A stretch of DNA of 64,000 nt. Source: Flavobacteriales bacterium. Lineage in GTDB: Bacteria > Bacteroidota > Bacteroidia > Flavobacteriales > UBA1820. The notes below the pieces were generated by a model. It saw only the letters and a program-made list of their open reading frames with translations. It was not told the origin of the DNA and ran no database searches. A program made the position numbers and the translations under genes. The stretch spans positions 680 to 64,679 of the forward strand of contig JAGAUI010000008.1 of the NCBI GenBank assembly GCA_017620815.1. Reading direction: 5' to 3'. Shown one piece after another: positions 49,259 through 60,425 of the stretch. Within the stretch, counting starts at the first letter, position 1; each line of letters opens with the position of its first letter.

Positions 49259-50437
49259 TTATTCTATACCCAGTATTTCTTTGGCTAGATAGATTGCGTG
49301 AGCATCTCCCGTATATTTACCGGAGCTATCAGAAAGTTTAACGGTAGGCGACCATATATCACCTTCTATAAGCACATCGCTTAGTTTTATAACCATATTC
49401 ATAGCTTCCAGACCTACATCATTGGTAAAGTTTGTTCCTATACCAAATGACATACCTATCTTTCCCCTACAATGCCCAGCTATCTTTTCTACCACAGGAG
49501 GGGTAAGAGCATCTGAAAATATGATGGTTTTGGATACAGGGTCTATGCGGTGTTTCTTATAGTGAGCTATGATATTATCGGCAAATGTGAGAGGGTCTCC
49601 GCTATCATGACGCACCCCATCAAATAGTTTTGAGAATTTTTTATCAAACGAATGGAAGAATGAAGCCGTAGTAAAAGTATCTGAAAGGGCTATACCTAGG
49701 TCTCCTTGATATACATTGACCCAGTTATCCAGTCCCATTCTATTGGCCATACGATAACCATACCAAGCCGCATGGAACATAAACCATTCGTGAGCATGAG
49801 TACCTATAGGTATCACGTTATAATCCATAGCTAGACGCACATTTGATGTACCTATATAGTTATCACCTCCACACTTCTGGAGTTCCTCAACCACCATTTC
49901 CTGCACACGATAACTATGACGGCGACGCGAACCAAATTCTGCTATCTTTACATCCAGAGCTTTATATGTCTCCATCTTGGAGCGTGTAATGGCTCTCACT
50001 TCTTCATCTGGCAGACGTTCCTGTTCTGTCATCATATAGTATAGTTCTGAAATAAGCGACATGAGTGGCACCTCCCATAGTATAGTACGATACCAGTAAC
50101 CTTCTATCGTGATAGATAGTTCTCCACCTGTCTGTACTATGGTTAGTTCGCTGCTATCATAGCGATAACCAGCCAAAAAATCCATATAGACAGGGTCTAG
50201 ATAAGGACACTTACGAGCAAAGTATGCCTTTTCTTCTCGCGTGAGGGCAAGATTTTCCATCATTCGTGTCTGCTCTTTGAGTGCTTCGGCAAAACCTTCT
50301 GGGAAGACGTGTTTTCCTCTATTTACAAAACGGTAACGCACTTTTGCTTTGGGAAAAAGCTTGGTTACAGCATTCTGCATCGTGAATTTGTAGAAATCGT
50401 TATCCAATAGCGATTTTATTATCTGTGGATATTTCAT
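49259..50437 (-). CDS. pncB: nicotinate phosphoribosyltransferase
   Basis: Motifs LDNDFYKFTM, EFGSRRR, GTHAHEW, RHDSGDP and FGIGT. Confidence 0.95.
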   Translation of the reverse strand: MKYPQIIKSLLDNDFYKFTMQNAVTKLFPKAKVRYRFVNRGKHVFPEGFAEALKEQTRMMENLALTREEKAYFARKCPYLDPVYMDFLAGYRYDSSELTIVQTGGELSITIEGYWYRTILWEVPLMSLISELYYMMTEQERLPDEEVRAITRSKMETYKALDVKIAEFGSRRRHSYRVQEMVVEELQKCGGDNYIGTSNVRLAMDYNVIPIGTHAHEWFMFHAAWYGYRMANRMGLDNWVNVYQGDLGIALSDTFTTASFFHSFDKKFSKLFDGVRHDSGDPLTFADNIIAHYKKHRIDPVSKTIIFSDALTPPVVEKIAGHCRGKIGMSFGIGTNFTNDVGLEAMNMVIKLSDVLIEGDIWSPTVKLSDSSGKYTGDAHAIYLAKEILGIE

Positions 50438-50600
50438 GGTATAAAGATATTATTTCTTACGAGTAGCTAAATTATAAAAAAGACAAATAATTTTCATAGA
50501 AATGACTTTAAATTTCAAAACTATCATATAATTTTATTCCACATCAAAATTTTTCCCTACATTTGAAAGATTTTAGAATTAAAACACACAATATAAAGAC

Positions 50601-51701
50601 ATGGAACACAATACAGAAGTAGAGCTTAAAAAAACGGCTCTTAACTCCCTTCACTACTCATTGGGAGCCAAGATGGTACCATTTGCAGGATGGGATATGC
50701 CTGTGCAGTACACTGGAGTAAACGTAGAACATGAGACCGTAAGACACGGTGTAGGTGTATTTGACTGCTCACATATGGGAGAATTCTTCATAAGCGGGAA
50801 AGGAGCTCTTCCTCTTATCCAGAAAGTATGCTCAAACGACGCCTCCAAACTATATGACGGTAAAATCCAATACTCTTGCCTTCCCAATGGTCGCGGAGGC
50901 ATAGTAGATGACCTTTTGGTATATCGTCAAGACGAAGAGCATTACATACTGGTAGTCAATGCATCAAACATAGACAAAGACTGGCAGTGGATTTCTTCAC
51001 ACAATGACACTGGTGCTGTGATGGAAAACCGCAGTGATGCCCTATCTCTTCTAGCTATCCAAGGTCCAAAGGCTGTAGAAGCCCTACAATCCCTCACAGA
51101 CGTAGAACTAGGCAAAATGGAATACTACACCTTTACCACAGGACGTTTTGCAGGATATGATGACATCATTATTTCGGCTACTGGATACACAGGTGCAGGA
51201 GGTTTTGAAATCTACTTCCCCAACGAGATAGCCGAAGATATGTGGAAAAAAGTATTTGAGGCTGGTGCTGCATATGGCATAGCACCCATAGGTCTAGGTG
51301 CTCGCGACACATTGCGTCTGGAAAAAGGTTTCTGTCTATATGGCAATGATATAGATGATACTACATCTCCTATAGAGGCAGGACTTGGCTGGATTACCAA
51401 ATTCACCAAAGAATTCACAGACTGTGAAATCCTTAAAGAGCAGAAAGAAAAAGGCGTATCCCGCAAACTTGTAGGTCTAGTACTAGTAGATAAGGGTGTA
51501 GCTCGTCATGGATATCCTATCACAGATGAAAACGGAATAGAGATAGGTCAAGTAACATCTGGTACTATGTCACCTAGCCTTAAAAAAGCGATAGCTATGG
51601 CATATGTCCCTACCGAAAAATCTAGCGTAGGCAGCATAGTATATGTAAAAGTCCGCGAAAAACTACTCAAAGCAGAAGTAGTTAAAATGCCTTTTTTGTA
51701 G
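50601..51701 (+). CDS. gcvT: glycine cleavage system aminomethyltransferase T
   Basis: Motifs FAGWDMP, FDCSHMG, TGYTG and GARDTLRLE. Confidence 0.96.
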   Translation: MEHNTEVELKKTALNSLHYSLGAKMVPFAGWDMPVQYTGVNVEHETVRHGVGVFDCSHMGEFFISGKGALPLIQKVCSNDASKLYDGKIQYSCLPNGRGGIVDDLLVYRQDEEHYILVVNASNIDKDWQWISSHNDTGAVMENRSDALSLLAIQGPKAVEALQSLTDVELGKMEYYTFTTGRFAGYDDIIISATGYTGAGGFEIYFPNEIAEDMWKKVFEAGAAYGIAPIGLGARDTLRLEKGFCLYGNDIDDTTSPIEAGLGWITKFTKEFTDCEILKEQKEKGVSRKLVGLVLVDKGVARHGYPITDENGIEIGQVTSGTMSPSLKKAIAMAYVPTEKSSVGSIVYVKVREKLLKAEVVKMPFL

Positions 51702-51845
51702 TATAGATAGGATTTTGCTTCAATTTTATCATTCATTATGCTTATTTTGACAAATAAGTGTAATAATGATATGTTTTGTTGCATTTTAACAGAAATACTT
51801 CATACATTTGCCTCAATTATACAAAAATTCAAAAAACAAAATGAT

Positions 51846-52907
51846 ATGAAAATAGAGATTGAAAAATGCAGTAAGTCCCGTATAGGGGAAATGGATTTCA
51901 GCCAGAGTTTGCCATTTGGCAAATACATGAGCGACCATATGTTTATATGTAAATGGGAAAACGGAGCATGGGGAACACCTCGTATCACTCCTTATCAAAA
52001 GCTTTCCATAGCTCCATCTAGCAAGGTATTCCACTATGGACAAGCTATATTTGAGGGAATGAAAGCCTTCCGTGATAAAAACGACAAGATTTTCCTTTTC
52101 CGCCCAAAAGACAATATAGAACGCTTTAATAAATCGGCTGTGAGAATGAACATGCCCGAATTCCCAGAAGACCTTTTCTATGAGGCTCTACACACACTAG
52201 TGGGAATGGATAGAGATTGGGTGCCTAGTGGCGAAGGACGTTCATACTACATACGCCCATTTATGATAGGATGTGAAGAGGCTCTTAATGCTGTACCTAG
52301 TGCCGAATACATATTTATGATAATAGGAGGACCTGTAGATGCTATCTTCAAAGGCGAAGTAAAAGTAAAAATAGCCGACCACTTCTCTCGTGCAGCCAAC
52401 GGAGGCACAGGTTTTGCCAAATGTGCTGGCAACTATGGCGGACAGTTCTACCCCTCTACCCTAGCCAAAGAAGAAGGTTATCAGAGTGTTATATGGACAG
52501 ATGACTCCACACATACACATCTGGAAGAAGCCGGACAGATGAACTACATGATGCGTATAGGAGACACATTGCGTACAGCTCCAGTATCAGATAGAATACT
52601 AGATGGTATCACACGCCGTAGCATACTACGCCTAGCCGAGGACATGGGCATCAAGACAGATGTAAGTCCTATACTGGTAGAAGAAGTACTAGAAGCTGGT
52701 CGTCGAGGCGAGATAAAAGAAGCATTTGGTTGCGGTACAGCAGCCGTTATAAGCCCTATAAGCGGACTAGGCTATAAGGATACACATATAGATATCCCAG
52801 CCCTCCCAGATGAAGAATCATTTGGTGAGCGTTTACGTCAGCGTATATTTGACATACAATACAACCGTACGGAAGACCCTTATGGTTGGCGTGTAGAAGT
52901 AAAATAA
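51846..52907 (+). CDS. ilvE: branched-chain amino acid aminotransferase
   Basis: Motifs HYGQAIFEGMKA, AKCAGNY, ILDGITR and GTAAVISP. Start refined to 51846. Confidence 0.93.
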   Translation: MKIEIEKCSKSRIGEMDFSQSLPFGKYMSDHMFICKWENGAWGTPRITPYQKLSIAPSSKVFHYGQAIFEGMKAFRDKNDKIFLFRPKDNIERFNKSAVRMNMPEFPEDLFYEALHTLVGMDRDWVPSGEGRSYYIRPFMIGCEEALNAVPSAEYIFMIIGGPVDAIFKGEVKVKIADHFSRAANGGTGFAKCAGNYGGQFYPSTLAKEEGYQSVIWTDDSTHTHLEEAGQMNYMMRIGDTLRTAPVSDRILDGITRRSILRLAEDMGIKTDVSPILVEEVLEAGRRGEIKEAFGCGTAAVISPISGLGYKDTHIDIPALPDEESFGERLRQRIFDIQYNRTEDPYGWRVEVK

Positions 52908-52913
52908 CAATTA

Positions 52914-52945
52914 AAAAAAGGCTGCCCTTTCGGGCAGCCTTTTTT
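52914..52945. terminator. bidirectional intrinsic terminator
   Basis: AAAAAAGGCTGCCC-tttc-GGGCAGCCTTTTTT between convergent ilvE and tpiA. Confidence 0.9.
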
Positions 52946-52988
52946 ACACTAGATAGATAGTGTTCAGCATTTATAACTCAAGGCAGCA

Positions 52989-53753
52989 TTAGCATTTAAA
53001 ACCATCTATAACGGCTTTGAAATCGGCTGCTTTAAGAGATGCACCACCTATAAGACCTCCATCTACGTTTGGTTTTGCAAATATCTCTTTGGCGTTCTTT
53101 GGATTACAAGAACCTCCGTAAAGGATAGAAACTTCTTCGTCTACTTCTTTGCCATATTTTTCGGCTACCACTGCACGTATATGTGCGTGTATTTCTTCGG
53201 CTTGTTCTGGAGTAGCTGTCTCTCCTGTACCTATTGCCCATACTGGTTCGTATGCTAGAACTATGTTTTTCCATGCTTCGGCAGGAAGATGGAACAGTGC
53301 ATTTTTAACCTGCTCTTCTACTACTTCAAAATGTTTACCAGCTTTACGTTCTTCTAGTACCTCACCTATGCAGAAGATAACTTCTAGACCTTCTGCTAGA
53401 GCAGCATCTGTTTTTTCTGCTAGAAGAGCATCTGTCTCACCGAAATACTGACGACGTTCAGAATGTCCTAGTATGACCTTGGTAGCACCAGCACTCTTGG
53501 CTATAGGAGCAGATACTTCACCAGTATATGCACCAGATTTCATCTGATGTATGTTCTGCACTGCTACTGCAACACCTGTTCCTTTGAGGGCTTCGGCAAC
53601 AGCATAAACATTTGTGAATACAGGAGCAACTACAACCTCTACTCCACATAGACACTGTCCTTCCAATTCTTTTTTAAGGTTTTCTGCCAACTCTAGACTC
53701 TCTGGCAGAGTTTTGTTCATTTTCCAGTTTCCTGCTACGATTTTACGTCTCAT
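52989..53753 (-). CDS. tpiA: triosephosphate isomerase
   Basis: Motifs AGNWKMN, GHSERR, AYEPVWAIGTG and YGGS. Confidence 0.98.
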   Translation of the reverse strand: MRRKIVAGNWKMNKTLPESLELAENLKKELEGQCLCGVEVVVAPVFTNVYAVAEALKGTGVAVAVQNIHQMKSGAYTGEVSAPIAKSAGATKVILGHSERRQYFGETDALLAEKTDAALAEGLEVIFCIGEVLEERKAGKHFEVVEEQVKNALFHLPAEAWKNIVLAYEPVWAIGTGETATPEQAEEIHAHIRAVVAEKYGKEVDEEVSILYGGSCNPKNAKEIFAKPNVDGGLIGGASLKAADFKAVIDGFKC

Positions 53754-53782
53754 TTCTTTTAATGTTTTTGAATTATTATTAT

Positions 53783-54859
53783 TTATTTTATTGATTCCTT
53801 GGAAATTATAGTCCCTTTCTGAAGATGCACTATAGCTGGACGCGAACGTACTATGGTTTTTATCATCACAGGGTCGGCATACATTACTGGTTGTAACAAT
53901 CCCATAGACGCAAATCTTTCAGACGAAGCATTGGACACTATCCATACGGGGGAGTCTTGTTCATCTGCCCATTTTTTTACTTTTTCCCACGTCTTTTCAT
54001 CTACCGCATCATAGTCATAACACAGTATAAGATATATGTCTTTTTCATCAAGTAGGATTTCTGTCATATCCCCACCATAGATATCCATCACCATAAAATT
54101 CTCTATCGATGGGCGATATCCGTCTTTCACTAGGACAGATTTACGCGATACAAATCTCGCCTCACGTATGTTCCAAGGCTCATCCTCATCGGTAAATTTA
54201 TGTTTTTTACCATCTATCTCATACACCCATCTGTTTTCATAGACAGGCAGCTGTGCATCAGGAGGTATCGTCATAGCCTCTTTTATATTAACCCCCACTT
54301 TATATGGGCGGAAGTCTATAAGAGGTTCGTTGTGCAGAGCATAGTATGACATACCATACACCACTGCAAATGCTAGAGCGACCACACTCATGGACGTACG
54401 GAATCCCGCTATAGGTTTTATAAAGCGTTGCCATACTATGAGTATGATTATCATCACACATATTACGACATTCTTTATAAACGACTCCCAAGCCCCCATA
54501 GGTATCGCATCTCCAAAACATCCGCAATCACTCACAGCTCCTGTTATAGCAGTGTATAGAGTGAGTAACATAAAAGCCCCATTCAGTACAAAAAGCGTCC
54601 ATAACGTAAAGACCTTAAAACGTCCTAGTAGCAACGATAAACCCAGTATAAGTTCCAATGCTATAAGAGCTATTGAAAGGTCTTCTGCCAATGGGAGAAA
54701 AAAAGGCATATTCAGAGCCTCGGCAGAAAGGTAGTCTTCTATCTTAAATGCCAGCCCTAGAGGGTCGATTAGTTTTACAAATGAAGAAAACACAAACGTA
54801 AGCCCTAGTATTATCCTCAGAGCCACAGTTATCGTTTTCTTATGGGTTCTTTCTATCAT
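53783..54859 (-). CDS. DoxX/MauE-like membrane protein (BT_3928 family)
   Basis: Motifs KLIDPLG, DCGCFGD and DFRPYKVG; conserved neighbour of tpiA in Bacteroidota. Confidence 0.85.
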   Translation of the reverse strand: MIERTHKKTITVALRIILGLTFVFSSFVKLIDPLGLAFKIEDYLSAEALNMPFFLPLAEDLSIALIALELILGLSLLLGRFKVFTLWTLFVLNGAFMLLTLYTAITGAVSDCGCFGDAIPMGAWESFIKNVVICVMIIILIVWQRFIKPIAGFRTSMSVVALAFAVVYGMSYYALHNEPLIDFRPYKVGVNIKEAMTIPPDAQLPVYENRWVYEIDGKKHKFTDEDEPWNIREARFVSRKSVLVKDGYRPSIENFMVMDIYGGDMTEILLDEKDIYLILCYDYDAVDEKTWEKVKKWADEQDSPVWIVSNASSERFASMGLLQPVMYADPVMIKTIVRSRPAIVHLQKGTIISKESIK

Positions 54860-54874
54860 ATATTTACAATGAGC

Positions 54875-55441
54875 TTACCACTGCCCATTTTCCATCATTT
54901 TAATAAGAGCAAATGCCGAATAATTCACCATATCATAATAGTTGGCATCTATACCTTCAGATACTTTGGTTTTACCGCCATTGTCTTCTATCTGTTTCAC
55001 GCGTAGTATCTTCTGCAGAATGATATCACACAGCGATGATATACGCATCTCCCGCCAAGCCTCTCCATAGTCGTGATTTTTACACATCATCAGTTCTTTG
55101 GACTTCTGGGCATATTTAAGATATAGAGCCGATGCTTCCTCTGGATTCATATCGGGACGTTCTACAACTCCTTTTTCTATCTGGATAAGGGCTATGATGC
55201 TATAATTAAATATCCCTATCCATTCTGGTAGCTCGCCTTCGTCCACCATCTTGACGGTATTTTCTTGGATAGAACGTATGCGTTGAGCCTTGATAAATAT
55301 CTGGTCTGTAAGAGATGGCATACGCAATATTCTCCACGCTGCTCCGTAGTCTTCTAGTTTGCTAAAAAACAGTTTACTACAACGCTCTATCACCTCATCA
55401 AACTGCTCACCTGTACGTTTTAAATCTACCCCTGTTGCCAT
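54875..55441 (-). CDS. DUF1599 domain protein
   Basis: Tandem repeats KLEDYGAAW and KNHDYGEAW; conserved context. Confidence 0.85.
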   Translation of the reverse strand: MATGVDLKRTGEQFDEVIERCSKLFFSKLEDYGAAWRILRMPSLTDQIFIKAQRIRSIQENTVKMVDEGELPEWIGIFNYSIIALIQIEKGVVERPDMNPEEASALYLKYAQKSKELMMCKNHDYGEAWREMRISSLCDIILQKILRVKQIEDNGGKTKVSEGIDANYYDMVNYSAFALIKMMENGQW

Positions 55442-55538
55442 ATTTAAATTTCTTTTTTATGGAAGAATTATCTTTTTGTTTATCCCCCCAAATTTATGGA
55501 TTTTTTTCTATCCTGCCAATATCATTTTATGGCATATA

Positions 55539-55886
55539 TCACATATATTCCAACTCATTTACCAGTTCTTCCATACCTCCTACAGCCATAGCAGCTATGA
55601 TAATAATACCTATGTAAAGAGCTACGATTACTACCCACATTATAAGGACAGCCTTCGCCCAGTTGCTGCGGTTTTTATTTCCCGCACCGAATGCCCATAC
55701 AAATACCATTATTATATTTACCAAAGGTATCATCATCACCACAAACGTAAGTATCCAATCCCCTATCCCCATCACCTTTTCATTTTCTTGATGATAGTTA
55801 TATAGTGGCATTTGTGGTTGTTGTGAGCCAAATGGCGGGATATTCTGATTGTTATCCCCTTGATAGTTCTGTGTGTTCTGTTCCAT
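55539..55886 (-). CDS. small membrane protein
   Basis: Q/N-rich N-terminus, then MIPLVNIIMVFVWAF...NWAKA and TM segments. Confidence 0.75.
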   Translation of the reverse strand: MEQNTQNYQGDNNQNIPPFGSQQPQMPLYNYHQENEKVMGIGDWILTFVVMMIPLVNIIMVFVWAFGAGNKNRSNWAKAVLIMWVVIVALYIGIIIIAAMAVGGMEELVNELEYM

Positions 55887-55898
55887 AGTAGTTTTACT

Positions 55899-56972
55899 TT
55901 ATGATAAAATAATTACTCGTTTCCACTCTGTTGCTTTTTTTATCACCTCTTCATCTTCCACCACATTTCCTTTTTTATCTATGACATACTCTTTACCATT
56001 ATATTTTACAATGGCTCTTCCACCATTAAATAGAGATACTTCATCATATATGCAAGGTATCACTAGATTGCCATCACCATCTATATATCCCCACTTACCA
56101 TTCTTCTTTACAGGCATCAATCCTTCACTATGCATTCTATACTGTTCATATTGTGAGGTATCCACTCTCATTAAACTTCCTTCAGCAGATATTACATAAT
56201 CATATTTACCAGATGTAAATTCTTTGGTCAGGAGATTAAACATTACATTCTCTCCTTTATCCAGCACCTCTACATTGGCATCGTTAAGGCTGTGATTAAA
56301 TATAGCATCATATTTGGCTTCCAGTATTTCATTGCCATTTATATCTATTATTCCATACTTATTTTTCTTTTTCACCTTGTAATATACTCCTTCATACAAC
56401 ACCCCTAAATCATCATACATTATAGGCAATACGACTTTACCATCCAGGTCTATTACGCCCCATTTGCCGTCTTTTTCAACAGCAGCATATCCGTAATAGT
56501 AATTTTTATTATTATCATATATGAGAGGTACTACAAGTTTCATCGTAGTATCTATATAGCCACATTTTTCTTCTCTCGATGTTCCTATCTTTCTTACCAC
56601 AGCTCGTCCAGAATGAAAATCTCCACATGAAGCATACTTAAAGCCCATAAGTAATTTCCCTGTCCTATCCATATATGAAGCATTGTCATTGCTCTTAACA
56701 ATAGACCAACCATCCACATCAACCCGCATCACCGCCATACGCCCATCTTTTAAATTTCCTATATGAGCATAATCATAAGGCCCATTTATCACATTACCCA
56801 GTGAGTCTGTAAGATACTTTTCGCTAGGTTTAACATATCTCAATTGTAGATTTTCACCTAGTTCGGCTACATATACGCTATCATTATATACCAGAAAATC
56901 ATTCCTAAAACTCACCTGTGAGAAAACTTCCCCACAGCATACAAAACATATAAATAACAATACCCGTTTCAT
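55899..56972 (-). CDS. WG-repeat (KWG) beta-repeat protein
   Basis: Signal peptide and repeated KWGVID, KYGIID and KWGYID units. Confidence 0.88.
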   Translation of the reverse strand: MKRVLLFICFVCCGEVFSQVSFRNDFLVYNDSVYVAELGENLQLRYVKPSEKYLTDSLGNVINGPYDYAHIGNLKDGRMAVMRVDVDGWSIVKSNDNASYMDRTGKLLMGFKYASCGDFHSGRAVVRKIGTSREEKCGYIDTTMKLVVPLIYDNNKNYYYGYAAVEKDGKWGVIDLDGKVVLPIMYDDLGVLYEGVYYKVKKKNKYGIIDINGNEILEAKYDAIFNHSLNDANVEVLDKGENVMFNLLTKEFTSGKYDYVISAEGSLMRVDTSQYEQYRMHSEGLMPVKKNGKWGYIDGDGNLVIPCIYDEVSLFNGGRAIVKYNGKEYVIDKKGNVVEDEEVIKKATEWKRVIILS

Positions 56973-56995
56973 ATATTTAGTTGTTTATAGGTTTT

Positions 56996-57946
56996 CTAAA
57001 AGACATCTCGCACTACGGCAGCGATGTTATCGGCTCGGCTCATAGTGTAAAAATGAATGGCCGGCACACCATGAGAGATAAGAGAACGACACTGCTCTTT
57101 ACACCATTCTATGCCTATCTCTCTTACCTGTGCATTATCCCGAGCCTTTTCCACCGCCATTGCCAAATCCTGCGGAATATCGGTACCGAAAACCTGTGGG
57201 AGGACATTAAGCTGAGTCTTGGTAGAGAAAGGTTTAAGCCCCGGAATGATAGGTACATTTATCCCCGCAGCCCTGCATTTATCTACAAAATCATAAAATT
57301 TATCATTATCAAAGAACATCTGCGTAACTATGTAATCTGCTCCTGCATCTACTTTTTCTTTAAGGTGAGATATATCCATAGTCATATTGGGACTTTCAGA
57401 GTGTTTTTCTGGATAACCCGCCACACCTATACAGAAATCGGTAGGGGTGGGATGCTCTACCTCTCCACTTACATAGCGTCCGTGGTTCATGTCTTGTATC
57501 TGTCGCACCAGATTACTTGCATGCAGATGTCCTCCCTCCACTGGACGGAAGGTGTTCTCCCCTCTTATGTTATCTCCTCGCAATGCTAGGACGTTATCTA
57601 TCCCTAAAAAATTCATTTCTATAAGGGCGTCTTCGGTGTCTAGGACAGAAAAACCTCCACATATAAGGTGAGGCACCACATCTATACCATAACGAGCCTG
57701 TATAGCTGCCGAAATACCTACCGTACCGGGACGTTTGCGGACGATTCTTTTTTCCATCAGTCCGCCTTCGCGTTCTATGAATTTAACTTCCTCGCGGTGA
57801 TACGTTACATTTATGTATGATGGGTCGTATTCGCGTAGGGTGTCTATCGTGTTGTATAGAGTATTTATAGTATCGCCTTTAAGAGGTGGTAATAGTTCAA
57901 ATGCAAAAAGCGTTTTACCTGCCTTGAATTTTTCTATAATCTTCAT
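56996..57946 (-). CDS. metF: 5,10-methylenetetrahydrofolate reductase
   Basis: Motifs FELLPP, VPHLIC, LALRGD, VAGYPEKH and TQMFFD. Start refined to 57946. Confidence 0.94.
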   Translation of the reverse strand: MKIIEKFKAGKTLFAFELLPPLKGDTINTLYNTIDTLREYDPSYINVTYHREEVKFIEREGGLMEKRIVRKRPGTVGISAAIQARYGIDVVPHLICGGFSVLDTEDALIEMNFLGIDNVLALRGDNIRGENTFRPVEGGHLHASNLVRQIQDMNHGRYVSGEVEHPTPTDFCIGVAGYPEKHSESPNMTMDISHLKEKVDAGADYIVTQMFFDNDKFYDFVDKCRAAGINVPIIPGLKPFSTKTQLNVLPQVFGTDIPQDLAMAVEKARDNAQVREIGIEWCKEQCRSLISHGVPAIHFYTMSRADNIAAVVRDVF

Positions 57947-58059
57947 AATCTTATCTATTATCTCATAATGCAAAGATGATGATTTTTTTGACATTTAACA
58001 TTGAATAAGAGCATTTTTTTATGTAATTTATATATCACTATTAACCAATACTTTCAACT

Positions 58060-58665
58060 ATGAAAAAGAACATTAAAATCGTTATTCTACTATCTATCCT
58101 ATCCTGTATAAGCAGCACGACTTATGCCCAAGTAAGCCTAGGAATGAGAGCAGGTGTAAACCTTTCTTCGCTACCTACCAAACTAGAATCTGGCGGAGTA
58201 AAAGTAGATGCAGACGATATGAGTGGTCTTACTCGTTTCTATGTAGGAGCTACGGTAGATGTACCTTTTACTTGGCGATGGCATATGCAGACAGGGCTTG
58301 ATTTCTCGTGGCAAGGTGGTAAAGCAAGTGGAGATAAGATGCGTTCCACACAAATGCAAATACCTGCCCTTGCCAAGATGTATGTCATAGAACGTATGCC
58401 TGTATTACTAGGTGTGTATGGCAGCTATGCCATATCCAATAAAATAGAGGTAGATGGAGAGAAATACTCTCTTGATGACCTGTATAACAAATGGGACTTT
58501 GGTATGCAGGCGGGTGTAGCTTATGAGTTTGACTTTGGAATGGTGGTAGAGTTCCGTTACTTAAGAGGATTCTTAAATCTCGCCAAAAACGAAGCTGTAC
58601 AAAATGGCGTCGAGGTAAAAATGCACAACCAGACCTTCCAGATAGGAGTAGGCTTCCGTATGTAA
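58060..58665 (+). CDS. outer-membrane beta-barrel (PorT/OmpA-like porin family)
   Basis: Signal peptide, GMRAGVN, FRYLRG and C-terminal FQIGVGFRM. Confidence 0.82.
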   Translation: MKKNIKIVILLSILSCISSTTYAQVSLGMRAGVNLSSLPTKLESGGVKVDADDMSGLTRFYVGATVDVPFTWRWHMQTGLDFSWQGGKASGDKMRSTQMQIPALAKMYVIERMPVLLGVYGSYAISNKIEVDGEKYSLDDLYNKWDFGMQAGVAYEFDFGMVVEFRYLRGFLNLAKNEAVQNGVEVKMHNQTFQIGVGFRM

Positions 58666-58689
58666 GTTCATAATGTCATATATTATGAG

Positions 58690-58718
58690 AAAAAACACGA
58701 GGATACCTCGTGTTTTTT
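58690..58718 (+). terminator. intrinsic terminator
   Basis: AAAAAACACGAGG-ata-CCTCGTGTTTTTT. Confidence 0.85.
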
Positions 58719-58765
58719 TGTATGAATGATTTTTATGAACTACATTTGCAGTACACACACTATCT

Positions 58766-59200
58766 ATGCGTCAGAAAACGATAAACATATATAAAAATTA
58801 CAAACATTTTATAATCTACACCATCATAGGATTTTGGTGTGAGATTATAGATTTTGCTCTTTTTTATTTTCTAGACCACATATGTGGAGTATATGTGCTA
58901 TATGCTCACCTTACGAGTGTAAATGTAGGACTGATATGTAGTTTCCTTACCAATACCAAAGTCAATTTCCGTACACCAGACCGTATGTTCCGCCGAGCAG
59001 TTTCGTTCTTTACCATAGCATGGACAGGGCTGGCTATGAGTACCATAATGATGTGGTTTATGGTGGAATACATAGAGATGAACGATATGATAAGTAAACT
59101 GATAACCATCGTTCTAGCGGGGATTTTCCAGTACTTGATGAACAAACGCTTTACTTATCGTTCGGCAACACAGAAAAACATAATGATAGATAAAGAGTAA
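58766..59200 (+). CDS. GtrA family protein
   Basis: Four TMs with FIIYTIIG...SFLTN...F and YLMNKRFTY. Confidence 0.85.
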   Translation: MRQKTINIYKNYKHFIIYTIIGFWCEIIDFALFYFLDHICGVYVLYAHLTSVNVGLICSFLTNTKVNFRTPDRMFRRAVSFFTIAWTGLAMSTIMMWFMVEYIEMNDMISKLITIVLAGIFQYLMNKRFTYRSATQKNIMIDKE

Positions 59201-59204
59201 CCTT

Positions 59205-59251
59205 ACTCGTCAAAAAAGCGGCAGCCTACGGCTGCCGCTTTTTTGACGAGT
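59205..59251. terminator. bidirectional terminator with a 22-bp perfect stem
   Basis: ACTCGTCAAAAAAGCGGCAGCC-tac-GGCTGCCGCTTTTTTGACGAGT. Confidence 0.9.
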
Positions 59252-59262
59252 CATTTTTTATA

Positions 59263-60405
59263 TTACATACAAGAACGCAATATCTTTGCGGCTAGTTTTC
59301 CATCTACATTACCAGCCTCGCCATAGGCGGCACCTCGTTCTGTAAAGCGACGTTCTATCTCACATATAGTATCTTCACCTATATTATTTTCAGAAAGACG
59401 AGTAGTAAGCCCAAGTGAGCGGAAGAAATCCTCGGTACGGCGTATAGCCTCGTCTATCACCTCGTTTTCACTACCCTCATTTATTCCCAGCACTCTGTGA
59501 GCATATTGAAGTATCTTGCCCTTTTTCTGTTCTCTTAACACGCGTAGCATTCCAGGGAACACTATAGCCAATGTCTCTCCGTGAGTAATTCTGTGTAGAG
59601 CCGTTAGTTCATGACCTATCATATGTGTTGCCCAGTCTTCGGTAACACCCATAGCCACATAACCATTAAGCCCCATCGTTGCCGATAGCATAAAGTCTGC
59701 CATAAGGTCATAGTTACACTTGTCCTGCTTTATAAGCGGAGCTATCTCCATCACAGTAGATAGCAGGCCTTCTGCCCAACGGTCCATAACTCTGCTCTGT
59801 GAGGTAGTTGTCATATACTGCTCCATCACATGTACAAATGTATCGGCTAGGCCACACGCCACCTGATGTTCTGGCAGAGAATATGTAACCTCTGGGTCTA
59901 GGATAGAAAACACAGGATAACGGCTGTAAAAAGCATATTTTTCACGAGTCTCATATCTGGAAATGACCGCTCCGCTATTCATTTCAGAGCCTGTAGCTGG
60001 AAGCGTAAGAACCGTAGCCAGTGGCACAGTATCTTTATATGCACCTCTCTTTACCAGTTCCCAAGCATCTCCGTCATATTTTATACCTGCAGCTATCAGT
60101 TTGGTACCATCTATCGTGCTACCTCCACCTACCGCCAGCAAGAAGTCTATCTTTTTCTCCTTACCTATGGCTATAGCCTTCTTTAAGGTCTCTATGGAAG
60201 GATTGGGTTCTATTCCCCAAAATTCCTCCCACTCTCTACCTTTAAGAGCCTCTACTACTTGCTCATAGACTCCATTCTTTTTTACGCTTCCCCCACCGAA
60301 TGTTATCATAAGTCTAGCATCACTAGGGATAAGACTCGCCAGTTTGGCTATCTGCCCACGTCCAAATACAAGACGTGTAGGGTTTTGAAATACAAAATTT
60401 TTCAT
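59263..60405 (-). CDS. iron-containing alcohol dehydrogenase (YqhD/BdhA-like)
   Basis: Motifs GGGSV, GIEPNP, VGGGSTID, ATGSEMN and WATHMIGHE. Confidence 0.92.
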   Translation of the reverse strand: MKNFVFQNPTRLVFGRGQIAKLASLIPSDARLMITFGGGSVKKNGVYEQVVEALKGREWEEFWGIEPNPSIETLKKAIAIGKEKKIDFLLAVGGGSTIDGTKLIAAGIKYDGDAWELVKRGAYKDTVPLATVLTLPATGSEMNSGAVISRYETREKYAFYSRYPVFSILDPEVTYSLPEHQVACGLADTFVHVMEQYMTTTSQSRVMDRWAEGLLSTVMEIAPLIKQDKCNYDLMADFMLSATMGLNGYVAMGVTEDWATHMIGHELTALHRITHGETLAIVFPGMLRVLREQKKGKILQYAHRVLGINEGSENEVIDEAIRRTEDFFRSLGLTTRLSENNIGEDTICEIERRFTERGAAYGEAGNVDGKLAAKILRSCM

Positions 60406-60425
60406 CTTCTACTTTTTCAATGTTC

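Noticed and set aside
57947-58059. Riboswitches upstream of metF (SAM), and likewise lysA (lysine), gcvT (glycine) and nhaA
   Set aside because: The leaders are short and very AT-rich, with -7-like boxes close to the start codons and no aptamer-like structure visible.
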